Of a stretch of DNA of 64,000 bases, positions 1-11,347 are shown piece by piece; position 1 is the first letter of the stretch; each line of letters begins with the position of its first letter. The notes beneath the pieces were generated by a model, which worked only from the letters and a program-made list of their open reading frames with translations, did no database searches and had not been told where the DNA came from. The stretch covers positions 25,112,001-25,176,000 of the forward strand of contig NC_058369.1 in NCBI RefSeq assembly GCF_018350175.1. The letters are read 5' to 3'. Source of the stretch: Felis catus. Lineage: Eukaryota. Made by a program: the position numbers and the translations under genes.

Positions 1-390
1 ATACATCTACCATGCAGGGCTGCCATAGCCTGGCCTGGAGCTGATGGTCAATAAATGGAAGTAAATGTACAAACTGAGGCTGCAGGAAAAGAGAAAGCTG
101 TGCTGCCTTCTTCTGCAGGGTAGACACAGTAAGGTCACATTAAACACTGGCCTGGCCAGATATGTTTTGACTATCCCTCTACTGAGTTGTGAATTTTGGA
201 ACATTTCAGCCTGGCTTTCAAGAAACATTCAACTACACTGAGTTTTGTGCACTTCCTTCCAAGCACAGGACCTGGGATGTGTCAAGGCAGCACAGAGCAG
301 GCATAGGACCCTCTGCCTGGAAATACGGTTCTAATTCTGATCCCTCTACTTCGAGTGACCCTAGGAGCGGTCCCCATTATTTCCTGTCTG

Positions 391-911
391 TGTAGAAACC
401 AGACCCCCTTTTTGTAACAGTAGCAAACTTGGCCTTGGAGAAAATGACCCTTCTCTACCTCAAGTGGCTTCTCTACCCCTAGGTGGCCAGTAACAAAACC
501 CTGGCCACCTAGCTCCCTCAGGAGGAACAGGTGACCAAGGCCTGTCTGATCTTCTCGACTACCGTGACTGGCCAAGGTATAACTATTTGCCAAGACAGGG
601 CAATCAGAGTCCTACGCTGGGATTTCATACATAGACCCTGGAATCAAAAGCATCTTTCTTTTCTCTGGAAAGGAGTGGTTGTTTGTGGTCATCCTCTCTT
701 CCCAAAGCAGTTCACATGGAGTATGTAAGATAAGATCCATACCCCAGGAATAACAAAGCTGGGAGAGAGCACCCCTGGATACCGCTGGATACCCTGAAGC
801 CCACCCATTCAGTTTCCCTCAGTCACATGAGGCAAACAATCTCCCTTTCCACTTGAGCCAGTTTTAATGGAGCTTCTATCACTTTTAACCAAAAGAGTCC
901 CCACTAATACA
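391..911 (+). mobile_element. MLT1 (MaLR) solo LTR, MLT1K/L-like, degenerate
   Basis: Typical MLT1 3' end ttgagccagttttaatgg...tatcacttttaaccaaaagagtccccactaataca and internal gggcaatcagagtc. Confidence 0.65.
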
Positions 912-1209
912 CAAGGCCTTGTTTTCCACAACTGAAAATTAAAAGGTCGGCTACAATGTCCAAAGTTTCTTCCAAAGCCTCAAAGTCTAGAAATTTCTTC
1001 CCAAATAGCCTAGGCAGGAGTAAAGAACAGGCACTTAGAGAAAGAGACAAGATAAGCACAGCCATGGAATCTGGCTGATATTTAATTGAAATCTCAGTTG
1101 TGACACCTAAACAATGCCTTGTATGTAGCAGTAAGTCTTGCTAAGTATTTCCAAGGGCAGGAGTTGTGCTCTTGATATTTTCACACTCCTAGGGAGAGTT
1201 TCCTTCCTG

Positions 1210-1211
<2 letters not shown>

Positions 1212-1259
<48 letters not shown>

Positions 1260-1295
1260 CCTCCCTCCCTCCCTCCCTCCCTCCCTCCCTCTCTC
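1212..1295. repeat. Compound (CT)n/(CCCT)n microsatellite
   Basis: Direct reading of the sequence. Confidence 0.97.
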
Positions 1296-2727
1296 AGCTA
1301 ACTGGAGGAGTTGTAGCAAATATTTGCATAAGGAAGGGTGGAAATTCTGAGCTCAGCACTGTCCCAATCAGATGGGGACCAGATGTGCAGTGAGCACCTG
1401 ATGGAAGCACTTAGTAACAGTACTCCAGGGTCCCACCTCCCAGGGTCCCATCTTCTTATTCTCATCATTCTGTTCTGGTTTTACTCATAATGTTCCCTCT
1501 AGAACTGCCCCCACCCAAACCATCCTCTTGGCTTCTCTCCATGAGTGTATGTACAGCACCCATGGGTCTGGTGAGAGACAGACACGGCATCACCCCTTGC
1601 CCAGGAAGATGGGGGAATCAGGAGGGTTGGTAGCACCAAGGGCCTCTGTCTCCTTAGATGAGCGTGGGAACCAAGAGACCCAGCCTGCACTTAATAACGA
1701 CAACTTCTAAAAGGGCTAAATCACTTGGTAGGTAGGAAGAATGTCATCCAAGGGCCACCAGCTCTTCCTGAACCTCTCCTCAGCCAAAATCCCAGAACCC
1801 CCAAAAGGAAAACCATAAACCCTACTCCTAATGCCTTGAGGAGTAATGTAGATCTGGAGTGAATGTTTCCAGGGAAGACAAGGAGGGGGTTACAATACAA
1901 TTCATTCAGTGAGATTTTCCTTAAAATTATTTTGAAACATCTCATCTTTTTTCCAAACTCCTTATTAAGATGCCAACCACTCCCTCTCTTCCCTCGGGCC
2001 CTGTCCCCGGCTCCCTCCTTAGCCCTCACATGTCTCCCACTTGGCTTCTCATCCAGAGTGATGTGGTTCCTTTTCCCCTTGCCTTTTACCATCCATCTCT
2101 CCCCAACACTTCTCCCTACCCCACCCCCAAAATCTACAAATGCCCACGGCATAAGCAAACTAACACAGGATCTTTATTCTTTATAAGCCAAACAGGAATG
2201 GAATTACAAATGCTTACAATAGTTTCCTCTGCCACGCATATAAATATGGGAAATTCACGAGCACACAGATTCTAAAAACTTCCTTTCTTAATAAAGAAGA
2301 AAATAAAGCATTCACAAAAAACATGCCCTGCCCTAGGACAGCATGCAGAGCTCAGTCTAACAAGCCTGGGAGTCACATTTCATTATAGAAAATGTATCAG
2401 CTAGATAATGCCTCAAATGTCTTCATTCTGGCATTCTGGGTGCTTCTTGTTCTTCATTTCCAATTACGATAACGATGGTTACAAAGCATAGCCTGGCTGG
2501 GAGTAAGGGCGTTTCCACTTGGTGGGGTTCCCTCCTAACCCTTCGATGTCATGGATGATTATGTTCCAAGAGGGAGACAGATCAATCTGGCCAGTCTGGC
2601 AATTATCAGGCCCCAGACCATCTCCCTCTGGCATATCTTGATGTCAGCTTGTCTAACTTTACCAATAAGCCCCATGGGCCAGGAAAAATCAGAGCAAGGA
2701 CACGGGACCAAAATAAACACCACAGCT

Positions 2728-2939
2728 GGGCACCTGGGTGGCTGTCAGTTAAGCGTCTGACTATTGACTTTGGCTCAGGTCATGATCTCATGGTTCACAG
2801 GTTCAAGCCCGGCATCGGGCTCCGTGCTGACAGCTCAGAGCCTGGAGTCTGCTTTGGATTCTGTGTCTCCCTCTCTCTCTGCCCCTCCCCCGCTTGCACT
2901 CTGTCTCTCAAAATTGAATAAACGTTAAAAAAAAAAAAA
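2728..2939 (+). mobile_element. Can-SINE (SINEC_Fc-like)
   Basis: gggcacctgggtggc head, ggttcaagccc B-box region, (CT) linker and A tail. Confidence 0.95.
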
Positions 2940-3174
2940 GATTCTGTCATCTATTTGGTTGCAATTGTCCAGGGACAGTTTGTTTGTTCTTCTGCAGTGA
3001 TTCCCTAATTTTAAATACTACCATGCAGGGGTGAGAGTATCAAAGGGTCACTTAAACCAAGTGTGTATCTAACAGGCTCCTCTGAGCAGCAATTTCTGTA
3101 AAACAGAGTTGTGCTCAAAAACTTACAAAGCATTTTTCAAGGGAAGACATTTGAAGAGGTCTTATGGCCACAGG

Positions 3175-3263
3175 TAAGGTAATCAATTGTCCCAGTTTAC
3201 CTGGGACTTCCAGTGCTAAACCCAGGGGCAATCGCAGGCAAACTTGAGTGGTTGGTCACCCTA
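3175..3263. mobile_element. MER81-like hAT MITE
   Basis: Degenerate TIRs taaggtaatcaattgtccc ... gttggtcacccta, with internal ttccagtgctaaa. Confidence 0.65.
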
Positions 3264-3519
3264 GATGTACCCCAGTACTTGACTAGTGACCACTGCTGAA
3301 TCAGAAGGAAGGCTAGGGTGTGCTGAAGGGACACCAGAGAGGGAGGGAAAATAAATGCCTTCAAATAGGCCAACTTGCTCATAGAAGGTCCAATTTCTCT
3401 ATAGCTCAAAATTGACAATAAATGTCAACTATTCCAAAGTGTGTACAAACTGCCTTGTCAACAAAGGATTTATTGGCAATGGGGAAATGCCACCAACTCC
3501 ATCAACTCTCTTTAATGTA

Positions 3520-3680
3520 GTCTCTAAGCACGGCAACACATCAAAGGCTCTGAGAAGTCTCACAGTGGTGAGCATATTTAATTAGGTGCTCTCAGTGTGC
3601 CCCAAGGTTATTTGACCACACAGGTTTTTTTTTCCACCTAATGGTTATGATCATCCAACTGAACACACTTGGAGAAATGG
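3520..3680. mobile_element. hAT-Charlie MITE remnant
   Basis: ggctctgagaagtc...ttatttgaccac...aacacacttggagaaatg resembles Charlie-type MITEs. Confidence 0.5.
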
Positions 3681-3990
3681 GGACCTTATCCACAAAACCA
3701 TAAACAACTTAGGAGACACACAGTTTACGTTCAGTAAGACATGCACATCTCCTTAAGAGGTCAACGCATTTCTCTTTGTACTTGGTGAAAAGCATATTGT
3801 ACCCTTAGTTAAAATACTGCCATGATCTATATTTATTTTCAGTAAGACACTTGGGGAAAATGGCTGAGATCTATGTAAGATACCAAAGGTGAATTGAACT
3901 AGCAAAAACAGTGCTGAAAAGACCAAAGACATGACCTCGAAACACAACCTGAAGTCGATTTTTTGTCTGATGGATGTGAAAGATCTGTTT

Positions 3991-4345
3991 ATACATTCAA
4001 CAAATTAATTAAGCATGTATGTGCTAGGCCCAGAGAGACAGCAGTGAACAAGAGAGAAATACAAGGTCTCTCCTCCACACCTGATGCTTAGAGCTTCCAA
4101 TCTTAACGTTTTAGTAAGCACTAACTAACAATCTCATCCTATCAATGAGAAGAGAGTGCAGGGGTCTACGGGAGCGCCTCAGCTCTTGCCTTCCCACAGG
4201 AGGTGATATCAAGACTTAGACCCAAGGGAAGAAGCCAGTGGGGCAGCTTCAGTGTGTGTAGGAGTGCAGGGCTGGACAGCACAGGAAGTGCTCTAGGCAG
4301 AAGGAATGACACATGCAAACGCCAGGTCGTGAAACAGAGCTCTGA
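3991..4345 (-). mobile_element. L2 3' fragment
   Basis: cattcaacaaa...tgtgctagg...cagcagtgaacaag...ggcagaaggaatgacacatgcaaa. Confidence 0.65.
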
Positions 4346-4424
4346 GCATTCTTTACACAGGCCAGGGTCTTCTTCCTGAGGCTAGAGCTAGAATTCATTT
4401 TAGCACACAGCAGGCTTCCATATA

Positions 4425-4426
<2 letters not shown>

Positions 4427-4466
<40 letters not shown>
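4427..4466. repeat. (TTA)n microsatellite
   Basis: Direct reading. Confidence 0.95.
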
Positions 4467-4988
4467 GTTAAGGTAGAGAACTTTGCATCAAGAGGAGGTT
4501 AGATCTGACCCTTTCTACACTTCTAAGGGTCTGTGGCTTTATGATTGGGAGATTTTTATGATTCCCCTTAAAATCTGTTCAGAGCTTACAGGCTTCTCTT
4601 CTGGAAAACAAAGCTCCCCATGAAGTCATAAATCTACATATTAACAGACTGTACATTTCCGATTTCTTTTTTCTTCATTATGCACTGGGCCCCTGCAGGT
4701 TCCCAAGAAAATGGGCACAATGTCCCCCGCCTGCCCATCAACCCTGACTTGGCTCCTTCATCAGGTGCTTTCCCGAGACCTTCCAGGGCAAATGGACACT
4801 GGCGGGTGCTTACTGGGCCACTCACGTTTTTTAATTGAGCCACAGCCGCTGACCGTGATTCCTCCAAATGCTAAAACCCAGCTTTCTTGGCAAAGACGGA
4901 TTAGTAAAGCCACCCCCAACAGCATCCTCTCTGGAGCAGCCAGAACGGGGTATAGAACAGCAGGGAGCACTCCCGGGGAAACACTTAC

Positions 4989-5055
4989 CCCTCTGAAATT
5001 CCAGGCTCTAGGGGAGGGGAACATAGGGAAGCTGTTTTGCAGAATCCGCCTAGGC
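4989..5055 (-). CDS. ARHGEF3: ARHGEF3 long isoform, second coding exon ((R)PRRILQNSFPMFPSPRAWNFRG, 67 nt, phase 2 to phase 0)
   Basis: Acceptor tcttgtcttttctcctcttctag|G at 5056/5055 and donor GGG|gtaagt at 4989/4988. The peptide matches recalled human PKRQRQNNFPMFPSPKAWNFRG, and the frame continues from 63105. Confidence 0.93.
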
Positions 5056-5317
5056 CTAGAAGAGGAGAAAAGACAAGACAATGTGTTTCATTACTCATGG
5101 GTTAGAGACTCAGAGGAAATCACCCACTTCCGATGTAGCTTTATCAGAAAGAGATGCTTGGAGAAATGGCCCAGGCAGACGCAGCAGCCAGGCTTTTTAC
5201 AGCTCGGCCATCCGTAGCAGCCAAACACACTCCAAACCCCTTCCTAGTCCCCCAGGAGGAAAGCTCCAGAGTCCCTTAGAAATAGTCAAGCCCTCACCCT
5301 TAAAAAAATAAAATCTA

Positions 5318-5543
5318 GGGGCGCCTGGGTGGCGTAGTCGGTTGAGCGTCCGACTTCAGCCAGGTCACGATCTCACGGTCCGTGAGGTCCGTGAGTTCGA
5401 GCCCCGCGTCGGGCTCTGGGCTGACGGCTCAGAGCCTGGAGCCTGTTTCCGATTCTGTGTCTCCCTCTCTCTCTGCCCCTCCCCCGTTCATGCTCTGTCT
5501 TTCTCTGTCCCAAAAATAAATAAATGTTGAAAAAAAAAATAAA
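5318..5543 (+). mobile_element. Young felid SINE (SINEC_Fc-like) with perfect 16-bp TSD
   Basis: CpG-rich body; TSD aaaaaaataaaatcta at 5302-5317 and 5544-5559; TT|AAAA endonuclease site. Confidence 0.97.
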
Positions 5544-6340
5544 AAAAAAATAAAATCTAATCTAAAAGTCAACCTGGATGCAATCAAAAAGCCAGACCAA
5601 GCTCCCTATCTTGATCTTCATTTCTCACACACAAACAATTCCCAAACGGATGCCATCAGGTGGTGTTTACAGCTCCAGCCGAGCCTGGAATTCTCCCTGG
5701 TGCAGGCCACACGGGAGCTCCAGACTTTCAGGGGGACGGTACATGGACCGTCCACAGGACATGTAGCTGCTGCCTAACCAGTCGGAACTGGTTTCCTCAC
5801 CTATTAATCCCTCCACGTGAAGCAATCTCCTTAGATGTGACAGAGGTGGGCTCAGCACAGGAGGTGGGGACACGGTACAGGGATGGAAAGAAGCAGTGGC
5901 GTGGCTGGGCAGCTTCAGGCACACCAGGGACACCTTACTTCTGTCCTGAAGAGTGAATCCAATGTGGTAGCTGCCAACATGCCCACAGGGACACCTTTTA
6001 CAATGTGTTTGTGGAGCAATAAGTTACTCCTCCCAAAAATGCTGTGTCTGTCAACACGGAAATTCAAATTTCATGTTTGCTTGAGGTACCACCTCACTGA
6101 AAAGCATCCCTGAGAAACGTCCATCTTGGACTTTCCCTGGAGTTTTAGTCAGTGATGAACCAAAGAGGTGGTGTTGGTTTTTCACGTGACAGTCACGCCT
6201 TTACTTCGACCTCTGTGCCATAGTCAGCAGTAACACAAGGCAGAAGTGACCACTGCACCCTGCAGCGTATCAGGCTTGAGGAAAAGTCTTGATAGGCTCT
6301 ACCATAGGAAAGAGATAGATAAGCAATATGCAAGGTAATT

Positions 6341-6543
6341 ATAATAACAGCAGCAGCTAATGTCCATGGAGTACTTAAAACAGCACATGCTAATACTTCA
6401 TAGAGTTAATCTCATTGACTCTCACACTGCGAGCTAGGGTTCTCATTGTACCCATTTAATAGGTAAGAAAACAGAGACCTAGGGATATTAAGTGATGCAG
6501 GTAAAATCAGGATTCTAATCTCATTTGTCTAATCTCAGATCCC
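6341..6543 (-). mobile_element. MIR
   Basis: gctaat...cccatttaataggtaagaaaacagagacctag...aggattctaatc. Confidence 0.6.
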
Positions 6544-7405
6544 GTGGTGTTTTACTAGCTGTGTGACCCTGAGCACGAGGTTTCATATTCTTATGGGCAA
6601 AACAGAAGAAATAATACCCAGAACATGGTCAAGACGAGATGAGGGTTCTAAATCCAGTTCTATCACTGCTAAGTTCTAAAAGATGTCAGCACAGATCCCC
6701 TCCCCTTCCTCCCAAATTCTGGCTCAAAGAAAAGCTTTCGACCAGGGGCACAGGACTGACACAGAAAAGCTGGGACAACTCACCGAAACAGATGGGAACT
6801 CCCACCTGCTGTATCTTTATATCCAGCCTCACTCCTGCCTCACCCTCCTCCTCACCCACACGTACAACAATAAAAACCCAGGCTAATAACATCTCAAGAC
6901 AAACAGAGCATGTGGGTGGTTATTTAGATTTAATACTCTTCTCTATTAAGTAACATGTTGGTCTAAGTTCTTCTAAAAAAGCATTTCTCCTTTGGGAAGA
7001 AAAAAACTTAGAATTTAACAAAACATCTCCCTGGATACTGCTCCCTCCTCTCCCCGGTTATAATTGGGCTTTGCTCTCCTGATGATTTGATGAGCTTCAC
7101 TGCTTCCAAAGCAACAACGTATACTAGAACACTGCAAGTGAATGTTCCCCTGTTTTATATGGTGTGGTTTACAGAAAATTATGATCACAACAATCAGCAG
7201 TGATTATTATGCCAAGGATGTGCGAGGGTCTGTGCTAGGCACTTTGCCTACATAATCTAAGTCTCGCAATAAGATAGGTTATTATGTTATGTTACAGTAC
7301 TCTGCTAATACATGACATACAAATAGTGTTATAATGGTGCCATGTGTTACACTATTATATATATATATAAATATATAAAACATATTATAATGGCATTAGA
7401 TACTT

Positions 7406-7511
7406 ATTTTAAAAATATTTTTTTATTTAAAGTAAGCTCTACACCCAAAGTGGGGCTTGACCCCAAGATCAAGAGTCACATGCTCTACTGACTGAGCCAG
7501 TCAGGCACCCC
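7406..7511 (-). mobile_element. Short-type Can-SINE
   Basis: Ends gactgagccagtcaggcacccc; TSD gcatta(g/t)atactt at 7393-7405 and 7513-7525. Confidence 0.9.
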
Positions 7512-7546
7512 AGCATTATATACTTTTAAATAAAATATATAACTCT

Positions 7547-7739
7547 GGGGGCACCTGGGTGGTTCAGTCAGTTAAACGTCCAAGTCTTGGCTTTGGTTCG
7601 GGTCATGATCTCATGGTTTGTGGGATCAAGCCCTGCATCAGGCTCTGTGCTGACAACACAGAGTGTGCTTGGGATTCTCTCTCTGCCCCTCCCCTGCGGG
7701 CATTCTCTCTCTCAAAATAAATAAATAAACTTTAAAAAA
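7547..7739 (+). mobile_element. Can-SINE
   Basis: ggggcacctgggtggttcagtc head, CT linker and aaataaataaa tail. Confidence 0.93.
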
Positions 7740-7795
7740 TAATGTAACTTTGTGTCATAAAATATTGTCATATAATATTATGGTATAACGGGGGA

Positions 7796-7931
7796 TATTA
7801 TTATTACCCCATTTTACAGATGAGATAAAACCTCATCTGTTTAACCTCTGCAGAGAGGTTAAACCACATGTGAGAAGTCACACAGCCCAGTTGGGATTCA
7901 TAACCAGATGTGTCTGACTCTAGATTCAGAG
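7796..7931 (-). mobile_element. MIR core (likely continuation of the fragment at about 7205-7285)
   Basis: cccattttacagatgag...agagaggttaa...gtcacacagc...gggattc...tctgactc. Confidence 0.75.
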
Positions 7932-8101
7932 GATGTAGCCCCTCGCATATAGAGAGAAGTCCCGCTAAAGAGGGAAGAACATGCTCCTGGGAGAATGTAG
8001 CCTGGGGGTTTCTTGTGGGACCAGCTTAGTAGGATCTCAAATTTAGAAGCCTCATAGGCAAAGAAAAAGGATCAGAGTGAATCTGTCAATCCAGGGCATT
8101 C

Positions 8102-8328
8102 TTTTTTTTTTTTTAATTTTTATTTTAATGTTTATTTATTTTTGAGAGACAGAGTGCAAGCAGCATAGGGGCAGAGAGAAAGAGAGACATAGAATCCGAA
8201 GCAGGCTCCAGGCTCCAGGCTCCGAGCTATCAACACAGAGCACAACACGGGACTCGAACTCACAAACTGTGAGATCGTGACCTGAGCTGAAGTCAGGCAC
8301 TTAACTGACTGAGCCATCCAGGTGTCCC
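8102..8328 (-). mobile_element. Can-SINE (SINEC_Fc-like)
   Basis: Poly-T, (GA) linker, ending tgagccatccaggtgtccc. Confidence 0.95.
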
Positions 8329-8355
8329 ATTTCTTGTGTTCAGAAGCAGGTTCTT

Positions 8356-8576
8356 GGGGAGCCTGGGTGGCTCATCGGTTGAGCGTCTGACTCTTAATTT
8401 TGGCTCAGGTCATGAGCTCACGGTTCGTGGGTTCGAGCCCACATCAGCTCTGTGCTTGACAGTGTGGAGCCTGGTTGGGATTGCCTCTCTCTCCCTCTCT
8501 GTTCTTCCCTGACTTGTGCGCTCTCCCTCTCTCAAAACAAATAAACTTAAGAAATTATTAAAGAAAAAAAAAAAAA
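8356..8576 (+). mobile_element. Can-SINE
   Basis: ggggagcctgggtggctca head, ggttcgagccc and A tail. Confidence 0.95.
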
Positions 8577-9269
8577 GGAATCAAGTTCTTTGCACTGTCA
8601 GCAAAAGTCCAAGTAAGAAACAGGTACTTGGTTCTACAGATCTCCAAGACACGAAGGTACACAGTTGGGCCTCCTAACAGGGCTGGGAGAAGTTATCTAT
8701 AGTGTGTTCAGTCCTTGGACCCCTGATGTGAGCCAGGTCTGTGCACGGTGTGTGCACACGTGGTTAAGAAGCACAGCCCATCCTGCAGATGCCAGGGGAA
8801 CGACGTTGACCAACAACCATCCACCTCTGCGGAGGGACCAACGGGAAGCCAGGGGTGGGTGTGAAGCAGGAGAGAAACCATTGACACAGGAGGGACAGCT
8901 TCTTGGCTGGAAGGAGGTTACAACTGAAGGAAAGACTGGGAAGAAAAGTTAGAAACACTGTCCACATGGAGAAATGCCCACAGGAGGAGCAACAAGTCAG
9001 GATTCAAGATGCATTTAGGGAATGATCTCAAATTTCAGAAGTGTGTGTGTGGCTGGAATCAAACAGAATAAGCTCAGGAGCTTATAACCTCAGGGTCAGC
9101 AGCAGAATGTATTTCCCACCACATGGAAATGAATACAACTTTTTTCCACCACCCTGAGAAGAGGATTAGTGACCGTTTCCAGAGCAACTCCTAAGAGTAT
9201 GGGTTTCAGAAGTGAATATGTAGACTGCTTTGCTGCCCGTGCACTCACTATGTGGGGCCAAGAGCCTAG

Positions 9270-9495
9270 TGTCTGAGGTACGACCAACTTGGGGCTCCAA
9301 GAGTGGCTCCCTCTCCTTCTTGCTGGGGGACTTCAACCAGGCTACCTACTCTCTACTGTCTCTGAGCCTCCATTTTCTCATCTGTAAAATGGGGATAATA
9401 ATCTCTTCTCACAAAATTGAAGCATTAAATTAATGTACTACATAAAATGTTTGGCAGAGAATCTGGCACTTATTAAATACTCTAATTAGCTATTA
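9270..9495 (+). mobile_element. MIR
   Basis: Core ctctgagcctccattttctcatctgtaaaatggggataataat. Confidence 0.85.
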
Positions 9496-9532
9496 CAGTA
9501 GCGCCTCCTTATGTATAAAGGATATGTTTCAA
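9496..9532. mobile_element. Tigger/MER2-group terminal fragment
   Basis: TA|cagtagcgcctccttat...ggatatgtttcaa resembles a Tigger TIR and is preceded by TA. Confidence 0.45.
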
Positions 9533-9627
9533 GGAGTGTCTGGCTGGCTCAGTCGGTGCAGCACGTGACTCTTGATCTTGGGGTGATGAGTTTGAGCCTC
9601 ACATTGGGTGTAGAGCTTACTTTAAAA
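9533..9627 (+). mobile_element. Short-type Can-SINE
   Basis: ctggctggctcagtcggt...gactcttgatcttgggg...gtagagcttacttt. Confidence 0.9.
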
Positions 9628-9640
9628 GGGGGTACATTTG

Positions 9641-9732
9641 GGGGCACCTGGGTGGCTCATGAACCGTGAGATCATGACCTGAGCCGAGATCAAGAGTTGG
9701 ATGCTTAACCAACTGAGCCATCCAGGTGCCCC
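9641..9732. mobile_element. Fusion of two oppositely oriented Can-SINE 5' ends
   Basis: Plus-strand head ggggcacctgggtggctca joined directly to a minus-strand 5' half ending tgagccatccaggtgcccc. Confidence 0.85.
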
Positions 9733-10183
9733 AAATATTTTAATGTCTTACTTCTCAACCCAGGGCATCTTGCTAACAACACTTTCCTTTTATTTCTTTT
9801 GTTTTGTTTGACTTCGCTCTATCTATGAAGACAATTGTAGCAATACGAGGAAAGCCAAAGGGCTACATTTTATAGAGAAAGTAGTGCAGACTATAACCAC
9901 CTGTGCCAGGTATTTTATCCTGGTTGGACCACTCAAGACAGTGATGGTCTTTCAGGTAAATGTCTTCTTAATTCTGGTTGTGGTACGTAATTGAGGATGG
10001 ACTGGCAGGTGTTCAGCCAGGTGAAGGAAGACCCAATTCTCTGTGGAGAAGCCCACTGTGAAGAGGTCGTTTGCCCAATGGAAAGCTCATCACCTAGGCT
10101 TGCCTCTTAAACAAAGGCACAATGGCACCACCCGTAACATGTTTCCATAGTTCATAGGCCACACTCAGCTTCATTCCACTTAC

Positions 10184-10213
10184 ACCATGGCTGCAACTCC
10201 AACTCTTTATTTC
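10184..10213 (-). other. Candidate alternative ARHGEF3 start exon (GCAGCC-ATG-GT|gtaagt); longer form 10184-10320 possible
   Basis: Acceptor cctgtttccccatattttatcag, alternative acceptor ctctctttcag at 10321, strong Kozak ATG at 10188 and donor gtaagt at 10183. Phase 2 joins exon 4989-5055 in frame. Confidence 0.35.
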
Positions 10214-10384
10214 CTGATAAAATATGGGGAAACAGGATCACAGAACCTCAAAAATAGTCAACTGGTACAATCACTCGGCACGGGTTGGATCTTCTCCAAC
10301 AGTCCTGTTGAGAATGCACCCTGAAAGAGAGTCTTCCCTCTTTAGAGAAGGGGTCTGTATCCAGTCATAAGGGCTCACATATTA

Positions 10385-10745
10385 ATTTCTCTCCAACACG
10401 TAAAGAACACCTTCCATAGGGCAGGCACAGGACCAGACATTAGAGACACAGCAGTGAACAGCACAGATACAGTGTCTGCTTTCATGAAGCTTACAAAAGG
10501 ACAATGGGAGTGAAAGAGGGTGGGAGAGAGAGAGAGAGAACAACATAGTAAGTCTTAAAGAAAAATAAAACAGTGGTAATGGGGAGAGCCAGAGGGGCTC
10601 AATCAACATTTGAGGAGCTAGACAGACCTCCCAGAGGAAACGAGACCTCCCTGTGACCTGACAGAGGTGAGGGACTCAACCAGGTAATAAGACAGGGAGC
10701 AGCAGGCCAGGTGACAGGAAGAGCAAGCTAAAAATGCAGGAGGTC
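10385..10745 (-). mobile_element. L2 3' fragment
   Basis: caggcacag...gacacagcagtgaacagcacagatacagtgtctgctttcatgaagcttac. Confidence 0.7.
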
Positions 10746-11112
10746 AAACTTTGCAAAGATTACCTAAACAGACAAAACTGGCAGAACTAATTGCTGAAGT
10801 TAAGAGTGAAGAGTTAAGATGTAGAAGCAAGATGGCATATTTGAAAAACTGGAAGCTAAGTATGACCACTTAAACATCTGTCAATAAATAAAGGGATTAT
10901 TAAATGAAGCTATATTCATTCTTTACAATGGAAGACCATGTAGGACTATATATTAATGAAAAATCTCAAAAAAAATAAAGAAAGAAAATCCAAGTTGCAG
11001 GAGGTATGCATATGATAGGATATATGATACTATGTAGAATCTCACAAAATAACACTCTCTTGTTTTGGCCACATATGTATGTAGTAAAAATGTAAGACTA
11101 CATATGAAAAGG

Positions 11113-11347
11113 TTTTTTTTTTTAAGTGTATTTATTTGAGAGAGAGAGAGAGAGAGAGAGTGAGAGAGAATGCTTGTACATGCACCCATGAGTGGGGGAG
11201 GGGCAGAAAGAAAGGGAGACAGAATCCCAAGCAGGACCCATGGTGTCAGTGCAGAGCCCGATGTGGGGCTTGAACACACAAACTGTGAGATCATGACCTG
11301 AGCTAAAACCAAGAGTCAGACACTTAATCAGCTGACCCAGGAGCCCC
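11113..11347 (-). mobile_element. Can-SINE
   Basis: Poly-T, (GA)n, ending acccaggagcccc; TSD tgaaaa(g/t)gtttt. Confidence 0.94.

Larger units (their letters stand above)
1..4988 (-). other. ARHGEF3: Start of the next ARHGEF3 intron (continues beyond the left end)
   Basis: Follows the donor gtaagt at 4988; the next expected coding exon is not seen in 1-4988. Confidence 0.85.

Noticed and set aside
4711..5217. 168-aa + strand ORF overlapping the ARHGEF3 exon
   Set aside because: It is the antisense shadow of a real exon with no protein resemblance. An antisense non-coding RNA cannot be excluded but is not supported by the sequence.
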